Shown in pieces: positions 35,504 to 44,098 of a stretch of 51,186 bases of DNA. The DNA comes from a virus (Duplodnaviria > Caudoviricetes), in IMG/VR virus record IMGVR_UViG_3300002461_000224, positions 1-51,186 of that record, one strand, 5' to 3'. How positions within the stretch are numbered: the first letter of the stretch is position 1; the number at the start of each line of letters is the position of its first letter. The notes beneath the pieces were generated by a model. The model worked only from the letters and a program-made list of their open reading frames with translations. It had not been told where the DNA came from and searched no databases. The translations under genes and the position numbers were made by a program.

Positions 35504-36429
35504 ATACCAAGACGCCCGCCGACCAGCCCGAACTCGCCCTCGACCCCGCAGAGATCGCCGCCCATGGCGATCCCGATTGGGAAGCCAACGACCCCGGCGA
35601 CATGGGCACGGTAGCGAAGGAAGGCAGCGACGACGACAACCCGGAGATTGACACGGGGAAGCCAGCGGAGCCCGAGCCGGATCCAGCCAAGGCCCCCGAT
35701 CCCGAGCCTGCGGCAGCCGCTGAGGCCGAGGAAGACGACGGCGAGCCCAAGACACCGGAGCAGATCAAGGCCGCTTACGAGGCATCGCAGAAGGCCCTGA
35801 AGGCCATCTCCAAGCGCCTGGCGGCCAAGGCGGCGGACAACCGGAGGCTCAACGAGGAGCTTTCCAAGACCATCAAGCCGGTGGCCGATCCCGAGCCCGC
35901 TGCGGCCGACGGCGAGCAGCCCCAGCGCGAGGACTTCAAGAGCAAGGCCGAGTTTGACAAGGCTGTGCAGGCCGAGGCCGACCGGCGTCTTGCCGTGCAG
36001 ACCTTCAACAGCAAATGCAACGACGTGGAGGACAAGGGCTCCAAGGCGTTCGGCGCCAAATGGGGAGCGGCCAAGGCCCAGCTCGCCATTCTGGATGACG
36101 AAGGCCGCATCCCGCTCGACCTGCTCACCACGGCGCTCGAGACCGACGACCCCGCCAAGGTTCTCTACGAACTCGGCTCCGACATCGAGAAGGCCACCGA
36201 GTTCATGGCCATGACGCCGCTGCGGAGGGCCATTGCCATGGCGAAGATTGCCGAGGCCAAGGCGCCGGTGCGGCAGCAGTCGCGCGCTCCGGCCCCTGTC
36301 GATCCGATTGGTGGCCGTGGCTCCGGCGATGACCGCCCCTCCGACCGGGACTCCGACGAGGAGTGGAACCGGAAGGAAGAGGCGAGAGAGCGCAGGCTTG
36401 CCGAGCAGCGGCGCGCGCGGGGGTACTGA
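35500..36429 (+). CDS. Scaffolding protein
   Basis: Acidic N-terminus, coiled coil, SRAPAPVDPI, basic C-terminus; upstream of coat. Confidence 0.85.
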   Translation: MNTKTPADQPELALDPAEIAAHGDPDWEANDPGDMGTVAKEGSDDDNPEIDTGKPAEPEPDPAKAPDPEPAAAAEAEEDDGEPKTPEQIKAAYEASQKALKAISKRLAAKAADNRRLNEELSKTIKPVADPEPAAADGEQPQREDFKSKAEFDKAVQAEADRRLAVQTFNSKCNDVEDKGSKAFGAKWGAAKAQLAILDDEGRIPLDLLTTALETDDPAKVLYELGSDIEKATEFMAMTPLRRAIAMAKIAEAKAPVRQQSRAPAPVDPIGGRGSGDDRPSDRDSDEEWNRKEEARERRLAEQRRARGY

Positions 36430-36569
36430 TGCTGACCGTTTTTCTGATTTGTTTGGGCATCTACCTTTTCCTTGGCGTGCTTATGTCGTTCTACCTGCGC
36501 CAGACGCCCTACGCGTACAATCCACTGTGGACGATGATCCTATTGTGGCCACTTTATTTACTCGGGTGA
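36429..36569 (+). CDS. 46-aa two-TM membrane protein
   Basis: TGATG coupling; low GC; hydrophobic. Confidence 0.55.
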   Translation: MLTVFLICLGIYLFLGVLMSFYLRQTPYAYNPLWTMILLWPLYLLG

Positions 36570-36804
36570 TCCGCCGCACCCAACCAAGTTGAGCGTGGCC
36601 TTGTCGGCCGAACCGACACCCTCGCAAGGGTCATCACGTATCTAAGCGCGAACTATCCGGCGTCGTGCACCGGCCCTCGCAAGGGATATCACGTTCCGCC
36701 CGCCAAAACCTCTCGCTCGGGCTGAGAGGAAAGCAACCCATCCCATCACCCGTTCCGCGCGCTTTGAGGGCGATTGCGGACGCATGCCCCGAGGCACCCC
36801 CATC

Positions 36805-38034
36805 ATGCCCAATACCCTTCTCACGCGGCTGGAGATCACCCGCAAAGCGATCCGCCTGTTCACGAACTCGAACGCCTTCATCAAGAACATCGACCGCCAG
36901 TACGACAATCAGTTCGCGGTTGTCGGCGCCAAGATCGGCGCTACCCTGAAGGTCCGCCTGCCGAACGACTACACCGTGACCGATGGTCCGGGCCTGTCGC
37001 TGCAGGATACCGCGGAGCAGCAGACCACGCTGACCGTGGCCACGCAGCGCCACGTCGATACCGGCTTCTCCACGGCGGAAATGGCGCTGTCCCTCGACGA
37101 CTACGCCGAGCGCATCACCAAGCCGAAGATGAACAACCTGGGCGGCAACGTCGCCAAGACGGTCATGCAGGCGATTGGCCGGTCCGCGGCGAACGCCCGC
37201 GCCAACTTCTCGGGCACCACCATCATCAGCCCGAACGCCCAGACGTTCGTGGAGGCCGGCGCGATCCTCGACGACAACTCCGCGCCCCTGATGGGCACGA
37301 AGGGCGACCGCAAGATCATCAACGACCCGTGGACGGACGCGCGCACATCGACCTCGCTGCAGGGCCTGTTCAACCCCTCGGGGCCGATCAGCGAGCAGTA
37401 TGCCATCGGCGGCATGAAGAGCGCGCTGGGCTTGAGCTGGATGCGGGACCAGACCGTCATCAAGCACACCGCGGGCACGTTCACGGCCGGTGCCATCTCC
37501 GGTGCTAACCAGACCGGGACCACGCTGACCACCGGCGCGATCACCGGCACGCTCAATGCGGGCGACATCATCACGATTGCCGGCGTCAATGCCGTGAACC
37601 GGGTGACCAAGGAATCCACGGGCATGGCTCGCCAGTTCGTGGTGACCGCCAACGTGCTCACCGCGGCCACCTCGATCCCGATCTATCCGGCGCTCATCCC
37701 GCCGAACTCGATCACCGGCACCGAGGTCCAGTATCAGACCGTCACGGCGTCTCCCGCGGACCTCGCGACGATCTCGCTCTACACCGCGCCGAGCGCCGTC
37801 TACCGCAAGTCGCTGGCCTATGCGCCGGAAGCCATCACCATGGTCACCGCCGACCTCTACATGCCCACCAAGGGCGTGATCGACTCGGCGCGCGCCCAGT
37901 TCGACGGCATCTCCATGCGCTCGATCTCGGCATACCTGCCGGGCTCGGATCAGGCCATCAACCGCGACGACGTACTCTTCGGCTACCTCGCGGTGCGCGG
38001 TGAGTGGATCACCGGCGTTTACGACGCAATCTGA
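36805..38034 (+). CDS. Major capsid protein (P22 gp5 family)
   Basis: MPNTLLT, KIGATLKVRLP, RDDVLFG. Confidence 0.95.
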   Translation: MPNTLLTRLEITRKAIRLFTNSNAFIKNIDRQYDNQFAVVGAKIGATLKVRLPNDYTVTDGPGLSLQDTAEQQTTLTVATQRHVDTGFSTAEMALSLDDYAERITKPKMNNLGGNVAKTVMQAIGRSAANARANFSGTTIISPNAQTFVEAGAILDDNSAPLMGTKGDRKIINDPWTDARTSTSLQGLFNPSGPISEQYAIGGMKSALGLSWMRDQTVIKHTAGTFTAGAISGANQTGTTLTTGAITGTLNAGDIITIAGVNAVNRVTKESTGMARQFVVTANVLTAATSIPIYPALIPPNSITGTEVQYQTVTASPADLATISLYTAPSAVYRKSLAYAPEAITMVTADLYMPTKGVIDSARAQFDGISMRSISAYLPGSDQAINRDDVLFGYLAVRGEWITGVYDAI

Positions 38035-38042
38035 CGAAGCAA

Positions 38043-38074
38043 GCGGGCGGGGGCCATCCTCGCCCGCATTTTTT
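38043..38074 (+). terminator. Rho-independent terminator after coat gene
   Basis: GCGGGCGGGG-loop-CCTCGCCCGC then ATTTTTT. Confidence 0.8.
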
Positions 38075-38085
38075 ATGGAGACCAC

Positions 38086-38568
38086 ATGGCACGTTCTGCA
38101 ATTCCCGATTTCGGCATCGAGTACCCCGCCTATGAGTACCACCCGTGGCCCAAATACGCCGGCGCCAACGAGCAGGGCGAAGCGCTCATTGCCAACAACC
38201 AGGCCGAATACGACGAGATGAAAGCCGTCGCGTTCTTCCCCAAGCTCATGGGCAAGGACAAGAACGGCAAGGACGTCATCGCGCAGCAGCCCCGCGATCT
38301 GGAATGGCTGAAGGCCTCCGTTGCGACGCCGCCGGAAGACCCGGCCGTGGTTGCCAAGCGCGAGGCCGATGCCGCGTTTGAGGCCGCCGAGACCAAGCGC
38401 AAGGCCGCGGCCTATGACGCTCTCATAGAGCAGCAGAAGCAGGCTGTCGGAACGTCGACGCCGCCTGAGGCCGCACAGAACGCCGCCAACTCGCAAGCGG
38501 GCCTTGGGGCCAATGCTCAGAACGCCCTGACGCAGCCCACCGGCCTCAAGAAAACGAAGGCCGCCTGA
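38086..38568 (+). CDS. Hypothetical protein
   Basis: GGAG RBS; late-gene codon usage. Confidence 0.75.
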   Translation: MARSAIPDFGIEYPAYEYHPWPKYAGANEQGEALIANNQAEYDEMKAVAFFPKLMGKDKNGKDVIAQQPRDLEWLKASVATPPEDPAVVAKREADAAFEAAETKRKAAAYDALIEQQKQAVGTSTPPEAAQNAANSQAGLGANAQNALTQPTGLKKTKAA

Positions 38569-39308
38569 TGCCCACCGGCACGGATATCTGCACCGCTGCC
38601 CTTCTCAGGGCCGGCGTAACAGGCGTTGGCAACCCACCTTCCGCCGACCAGATATCCCGTGCCCTGGCGCTGCTCAACGACATGCTGGCGCTTTGGTCAT
38701 CAAAGCGCTGGCTCAACTATGCCGAGATCGACCACACCATCGTCGTGACCGGCGCGCAGTCCTATTCGATAGGGCCCGGCGGCGACATCGTTGTTACGGC
38801 TCGCCCCGACCGCATCGAATGGGGCTTCGTCCGGCTGCTCAACTCCGGCCAGTCCATGCCCGTGGACATCCCGCTCGAGCAGATCATGTCCATGGAGGAC
38901 TACAGCCGGGTCACGCTGAAGCGGCTGCAGACCCAGCCGGGCTGGTTCTTCTACGATAGCAACTTCCCGCTGGGGCGGATTTACCCGCTGCCGATCCCGA
39001 CGCTGCCGTCTCTCTATGAGCTGCACTTCGGGACCAGGATCATTCTCCCGGTTCTGGTCGCCCCAGCCACAAACATCGTTCTCCCGCCCCAGTACACCTA
39101 CGCCATGAAGTGGAATCTGGCGCGGGAATGCAGGGCGGAATGGCGGCTGCCCCCGGCCAAGGCCATCGACGACATGGCGCAGGACGGGCTCAACACGATC
39201 AGGTCGAGCACGGTGCAGGTGCCGAGCCTGCCAATACCGGCCGGAATGGCTGGGTCGCAAGGCGTCTACAACATTTTCTCAGACACCGTGACGAACGTGG
39301 CCGGCTGA
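38568..39308 (+). CDS. Head-tail adaptor (P22 gp4-like)
   Basis: ALLRAGV...LNDMLALW...WNLA; position. Confidence 0.8.
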   Translation: MPTGTDICTAALLRAGVTGVGNPPSADQISRALALLNDMLALWSSKRWLNYAEIDHTIVVTGAQSYSIGPGGDIVVTARPDRIEWGFVRLLNSGQSMPVDIPLEQIMSMEDYSRVTLKRLQTQPGWFFYDSNFPLGRIYPLPIPTLPSLYELHFGTRIILPVLVAPATNIVLPPQYTYAMKWNLARECRAEWRLPPAKAIDDMAQDGLNTIRSSTVQVPSLPIPAGMAGSQGVYNIFSDTVTNVAG

Positions 39309-39544
39309 TGGCTGAAGCAATAAAGGACTATCTGCCGTGGCTGCTCTCAGCGATCACGATTTACAGCATGTGGCTCGCAGGCGAGCGCTCGAAATATACG
39401 TGGCTGATCGGACTCGCACATCAGGCTTTGTGGCTGGTCTGGATCGTCGCTACGCAGGCATGGGGCTTGCTGCCAATGAATCTGGCGCTGTGGTTCGTCT
39501 ACGGCCGCAATCATTGGAAATGGCAGACGGCCACCGCTAAATGA
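39308..39544 (+). CDS. Three-TM PnuC-like (half-size) membrane protein
   Basis: WLAG...WLIGL..QALW...VYGRNHWKW. Confidence 0.6.
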   Translation: MAEAIKDYLPWLLSAITIYSMWLAGERSKYTWLIGLAHQALWLVWIVATQAWGLLPMNLALWFVYGRNHWKWQTATAK

Positions 39545-41067
39545 CGCGCATCCCGCTCACGTCCGGCGCCTATACGGCGCGTTCGCTAATTGCGAATGCC
39601 CAGCGTTCGGTCAACCTCTACCTCGAGAGCAACCCGGGCGAGACCAACCCGCCGGTGCCGTTCACGCTCTACCCGAGGGCGGGGCTGAAGCTTCTCGCGC
39701 CGGCACCGACGTTCGGCATTGGCCGCTGTGTTTATGCGGACAGCCAAGGCAACCTCTACATGGTGGCGGGGCAGACGGTCTATTACGTGGACCCGAGCTT
39801 TGTTCTGACCGCGATCGGGACCATTGCGGCGGGCACGTCCATCGTCTCCATGGCCGACAACGGCACCACCATCCTCCTGGTGGACGGGACGACGGCCGGC
39901 TACACGATCGATATCGCGTCCAAGGCGTTCGCCACGATCTCGGATCCTGCGTTCTACGGCGGGAACTGGGTCAACTACATCCGCACGGTGTTTGCGATCA
40001 ACCGGCCGGGGACGAAGCAGTTTTATATCTCCGGCTCCAACGCCGTGACGTGGGATGCGCTGGACTTTGGCGAGAAGACATCCTCCGCCGATCCATTGCT
40101 CGCCGCTGCCGCTTTAAACGACCAGCTATGGCTGCTGGGGACGAAGAAGGGCGAGGTCTGGTACTTCTCGGGGGACGTCAACTTCCCCTTCCAGCAGCTT
40201 CCCAACGTCGTCATAGAGCACGGCTGCGGGGCGGTTTATTCGATCGGGCAGAGCGACAAGTTTCTGTTCTGGCTCACCCAGGACAAGGACGGCAAGCCGT
40301 GGATTGCCCGGGGCGGGGCCGACTATTCGGTCGAGAAGATTTCCACGTTCGCGATGGACAACGAGATACGGAAGTACACCCGCTGGTCCGATGCGGTTGG
40401 CTATTGCTACCAGTTCATGGGGCACACGTTCTACCAGATCGACTTCCCGTCCGCGGACAAGACGTGGGTCTATGACCTGAGCCTGATGGGCACCGGGAAC
40501 GAGTGGAACGAGTATTCGTCCATCGACATCAACGGCAACCACCACCGGATGAATGGCTTCCTGTCGGCCTATGCCTACAACCTCAACGTCATGATCGATT
40601 GGAAGACGGGGAACCTGTACTCCTACGACCCCGAGGTGTTCACGGACGACACGATGCCCATCGTCTGCATCCGGGGCTTTCCTCACCTCGGGGCGAACGG
40701 CAACGAGCTATCATATCCCGGCTTCATGGCCGACATGGACGTCGGCGAAGTGCCGAACATGCTGATGGACGACGACGGCTCGGTGCAGACCAACCCGTTC
40801 TCCTCGGGGTTCAGTTCGGCGTTCGGCCCCTATCTCGATCAGGGCACGCCCATCGTCACCTGCCGGTTCTCCAACACGCGGGGGAAGTCGTTCGGCAACA
40901 AGCGCCCGCGCTCGCTGGGCACCACGGGGCAATACGGCAAGATACTGAAATGGGACTCGTGGGGCGTGGCGCGCGACGGGGTGTTTGAGCTGGAATGGGC
41001 TGTGCCGTGTCATACGGCCGTGCAGGGGGGCTTCCTCTGGCCCGAGCCTGAGCAGGCGGAAACCTGA
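39541..41067 (+). CDS. Tail hub / DNA stabilisation protein (P22 gp10-like)
   Basis: VNLY, SMADNG, GHTFYQIDFP, TWVYD. Confidence 0.9.
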   Translation: MTRIPLTSGAYTARSLIANAQRSVNLYLESNPGETNPPVPFTLYPRAGLKLLAPAPTFGIGRCVYADSQGNLYMVAGQTVYYVDPSFVLTAIGTIAAGTSIVSMADNGTTILLVDGTTAGYTIDIASKAFATISDPAFYGGNWVNYIRTVFAINRPGTKQFYISGSNAVTWDALDFGEKTSSADPLLAAAALNDQLWLLGTKKGEVWYFSGDVNFPFQQLPNVVIEHGCGAVYSIGQSDKFLFWLTQDKDGKPWIARGGADYSVEKISTFAMDNEIRKYTRWSDAVGYCYQFMGHTFYQIDFPSADKTWVYDLSLMGTGNEWNEYSSIDINGNHHRMNGFLSAYAYNLNVMIDWKTGNLYSYDPEVFTDDTMPIVCIRGFPHLGANGNELSYPGFMADMDVGEVPNMLMDDDGSVQTNPFSSGFSSAFGPYLDQGTPIVTCRFSNTRGKSFGNKRPRSLGTTGQYGKILKWDSWGVARDGVFELEWAVPCHTAVQGGFLWPEPEQAET

Positions 41068-41429
41068 TGGTCGACTTCCGCAGCAACCCGACATTCGGCC
41101 TGCCAAGCCGGCTGCTCAAGCTGGTGAGCGGGGACGCCGGGCTGCCCAACGATACCTGGTATCAGTTCTTCGTCCGCCTCGCGCAGCTATCGGCGGAGCG
41201 GCCCTTTGAGGCCATCTCGGTCGGCGCGTCGCCCTTCACCTACACGGCGCGCACCATCGGCCATGTGTTCGTTGCAGGCGGCACGGTCTCGGCGCGCGCG
41301 CTGGAGCGCTCCGGAATCTCGCTGGCGGTCCCGTCCGACATATTCATCCCCGTGGCGGCCAACGATATGGTCACCGTCACCTATTCGGTGCTGCCAGACA
41401 TGATGTTCATCCCGAGCGCGCGCGCATGA
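41067..41429 (+). CDS. Small tail protein (gp26 position)
   Basis: WYQFF; SPFTY; VTVTYS. Confidence 0.7.
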   Translation: MVDFRSNPTFGLPSRLLKLVSGDAGLPNDTWYQFFVRLAQLSAERPFEAISVGASPFTYTARTIGHVFVAGGTVSARALERSGISLAVPSDIFIPVAANDMVTVTYSVLPDMMFIPSARA

Positions 41430-41875
41430 CGGAGGCCGACGAGGTTGCCTTTACGGCTGCGTTTGATCGTTTTTTCAAGGGGAATGCTGCTGCTGCTCGG
41501 ATGTGCGCTGATTTTGTTACGGTGGCTCATGTCTGGGATGATCTGGTGGACGCGGACCAGCCTGTTGCGGCCGACGTCGCGGACATGGCGTTCCGGAAGA
41601 TGATGCTGGAGATACCGGCAAACGAGTTCTACCGCGCCAACTTCCCCTTCCTGCAGCCGGTCATTGTGATGATCTGGGCGCAATGGGATGCGGCGACGCG
41701 GATGGAAGAGGCCCCGGCGCGCGGCGACCGTGAGAAGTCCTTCATGCTGCGGGCCTCGCTCTATCAACTGTTCCACGCCTGCGCGGTGCTCTGCGGCGGG
41801 CTCGACTGGGCGGCCGAGGTCGGCCCCGAGATTTACCGCCTGTACGGCGAGAGCCTGGAGACGTTCGATGCCTGA
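41426..41875 (+). CDS. Helical protein with DDxxD motif
   Basis: HVWDDLVD; IPANEFY. Confidence 0.75.
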   Translation: MTEADEVAFTAAFDRFFKGNAAAARMCADFVTVAHVWDDLVDADQPVAADVADMAFRKMMLEIPANEFYRANFPFLQPVIVMIWAQWDAATRMEEAPARGDREKSFMLRASLYQLFHACAVLCGGLDWAAEVGPEIYRLYGESLETFDA

Positions 41876-42641
41876 TCCGGTGACGGGAGTCATGGGTGCC
41901 GCCAGCGTCGGCTCCGGCATTGCCAACATCTTTGGTGGGCAGAGCGCGGCGAAGGCGCAGAAGGAAGCGGCAGCCAAGGCGGCTGCAGCCACGCTTGCGC
42001 AACAGGAAAAAGGCCTGCAAACGCAGAAGGACTATTTCGACATCGGCGCGGACTCGCTGCGGCCCATTTCCGAGGCCGGCGCTGGCGTCTATGCCGATCT
42101 GGTCGAGCAACTGCCGGAACTCACCGCGCCGATCGTGATGGATCAGGCGGCGCTGGAGAAAACCCCCGGCTATCAGTTCAACCTCAAGCAGGGCATCCGC
42201 GGCGTCGACCTGTCGGCGATCAGCAAGGGTCTCAGCGGGGCGCAGGCCAAGGCGGCAGCGCAATTCGCGACCGGGCTGGCCGACAACACGTACCAAAACC
42301 AGTTCAACAACGCGAACACCAACAAGACGAACGCTTTCAACCGGCTGCTGCAGACCGCTACGGTGGGCACCGATGCGTCCAAGGCGCTGGCGGGCAATGC
42401 GACCAGCGCGGGCAACGCGGCTCTGGGCAACGCTACATCGGTCGGCAACAGCCTAGGCTCGTATGAGATCGGCGCGGGCGACGCCGCGGCCGCCGCAGCC
42501 AACAAGACCGGCGCGCAGGTGGGCAACATCATCCAAGGCGTCGCGGCTCCGTTCAACGCCAACAGGCTGCTGAGTCCGGTTGGCGGCGGCGGCATGTACG
42601 GCGGCACCAACAACCCGACCCGCATTGGGAGCCTGTACTGA
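41868..42641 (+). CDS. DNA ejection protein (P22 gp7-like)
   Basis: G/A-rich hydrophobic N-terminus; TPGYQFNLKQG. Confidence 0.8.
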   Translation: MPDPVTGVMGAASVGSGIANIFGGQSAAKAQKEAAAKAAAATLAQQEKGLQTQKDYFDIGADSLRPISEAGAGVYADLVEQLPELTAPIVMDQAALEKTPGYQFNLKQGIRGVDLSAISKGLSGAQAKAAAQFATGLADNTYQNQFNNANTNKTNAFNRLLQTATVGTDASKALAGNATSAGNAALGNATSVGNSLGSYEIGAGDAAAAAANKTGAQVGNIIQGVAAPFNANRLLSPVGGGGMYGGTNNPTRIGSLY

Positions 42642-44098
42642 TGGCCGACGTTTCAAGCTACGCCATCCAGAGCAACGCCAATCCGAACGAGCAGACCAAC
42701 AACCTGCTCGACACCATGGCCAAGGCCAACGAGGTCAAGCGGCAGAATATCGGCATCGACGCGGCCAAGTTTGAATTGGCCATGAAGAACATCGGCGCGG
42801 TCAACTCCACCATCGCGGGCCTGCTCGGCGATCCCGAAGCCGGCAAGGGCGACATTTCCAAGAAGATCATCGACGCCACGACCCGGCTCGTAAAGGACAG
42901 CGTTTACACGGCGCAGCACGTCACCGAAGCGCTGAAATCGATGCCTCTCGACCCGACGCAGCAGAAACAGTGGCTCCAGAACCTCTATTCGCAGACACAG
43001 GGCGCGGAGCAGCGGGCACAATCGTTCTTTGGCGGCGTGCAAGGCGTCTCGGACGCCGCCGGCACCAATCTCATCCAGCAGCCGGGCTATCCCAATCTCC
43101 CCTCCGTCAACCGCGGCTACGTCGCGAACCAGCTCCCGCCGACGACACCCGCCGTGCAGGGAGACCCCAACAAGCCGAATTATGGCGCGGGCGGCTATGT
43201 CGGCCCATCAGGGCCTCCCGGCCTCCAGCAGCCCCGTGGCGCTGGTGGGCCGCCCCCGGGCTTCCCATCCGCACCGGGCGCCATGCCTGCCACGCCAGAG
43301 GCCCCGTCGCGGGCCATGGTGCCGTCTACGCCGAGAGTGGTCGGAGACCGCGAGGCCGTAGCAAGTGGGCTCTACGAGGGCGCCACGCCCGCCCAGCGCG
43401 TTGCCGGAGCGCATGAAGCGGCAAGGCCGATGAGTTCGCTGCCGCCTGACGTGGTTGCCGCGCGCGCGGGAGCGACCCAAGGCTATACCGACATGATGGC
43501 CGCGGCCGGCAAGTTCGCCCAGCGCATCAACCCCCTGCGGTCGGCCATCCCGATCCTGGAGAAGATGAAGGAAACCGATATCGGCCCGACCTCGGAGCGC
43601 TGGAACGATATCAAGTCGACCGCCCAGACGCTGGGGGCCGGCAAGATCATCGGCGGCATCGATCCCGAGAAAATCCGCGACTACAACGAACTCAAGAAGT
43701 ATTTCAACCAGTACACGGCGCAGGCCGCCGCCACGATGGGGCCGAAGACCAACGAAGGACTCGCCACGGCGGTCACGTCCAATCCGAACGTCAATATGGA
43801 CAAGCTGTCGGCTACCGACCTGTCCAAGGTCGCGCTCGGCGTCGAACGCATGCAGCAGGCCGGCGCGCTCGAGTTCAACGAGATGGTGCAGGCCGGCAGG
43901 GCGCAGCCCGGCGACCTCAGCCGCTTCATGCTGAAGTGGGGCACCGAGCAGGATCCGAGGGCCTTCGTCTACGACATCATGGACCGGAAGGCGCAGGACA
44001 AGGTGAAAAAGTTGCCGGCATCGGAGCGCGCCAAGGTCGCCGAGGGCATGAGGATTGCCGAGAAGTGGAAGCTGCTAGGGGATGTCCATCGTGAGTGA
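42641..44098 (+). CDS. DNA ejection/internal virion protein (gp20 position)
   Basis: Position and composition. Confidence 0.7.
   Translation: MADVSSYAIQSNANPNEQTNNLLDTMAKANEVKRQNIGIDAAKFELAMKNIGAVNSTIAGLLGDPEAGKGDISKKIIDATTRLVKDSVYTAQHVTEALKSMPLDPTQQKQWLQNLYSQTQGAEQRAQSFFGGVQGVSDAAGTNLIQQPGYPNLPSVNRGYVANQLPPTTPAVQGDPNKPNYGAGGYVGPSGPPGLQQPRGAGGPPPGFPSAPGAMPATPEAPSRAMVPSTPRVVGDREAVASGLYEGATPAQRVAGAHEAARPMSSLPPDVVAARAGATQGYTDMMAAAGKFAQRINPLRSAIPILEKMKETDIGPTSERWNDIKSTAQTLGAGKIIGGIDPEKIRDYNELKKYFNQYTAQAAATMGPKTNEGLATAVTSNPNVNMDKLSATDLSKVALGVERMQQAGALEFNEMVQAGRAQPGDLSRFMLKWGTEQDPRAFVYDIMDRKAQDKVKKLPASERAKVAEGMRIAEKWKLLGDVHRE

Noticed and set aside
36634-38496. 620-aa minus-strand ORF and similar long shadow ORFs (31116-32222, 47187-48566)
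   Set aside because: Antisense shadows of high-GC3 coat, portal and fibre genes with no recognisable motifs
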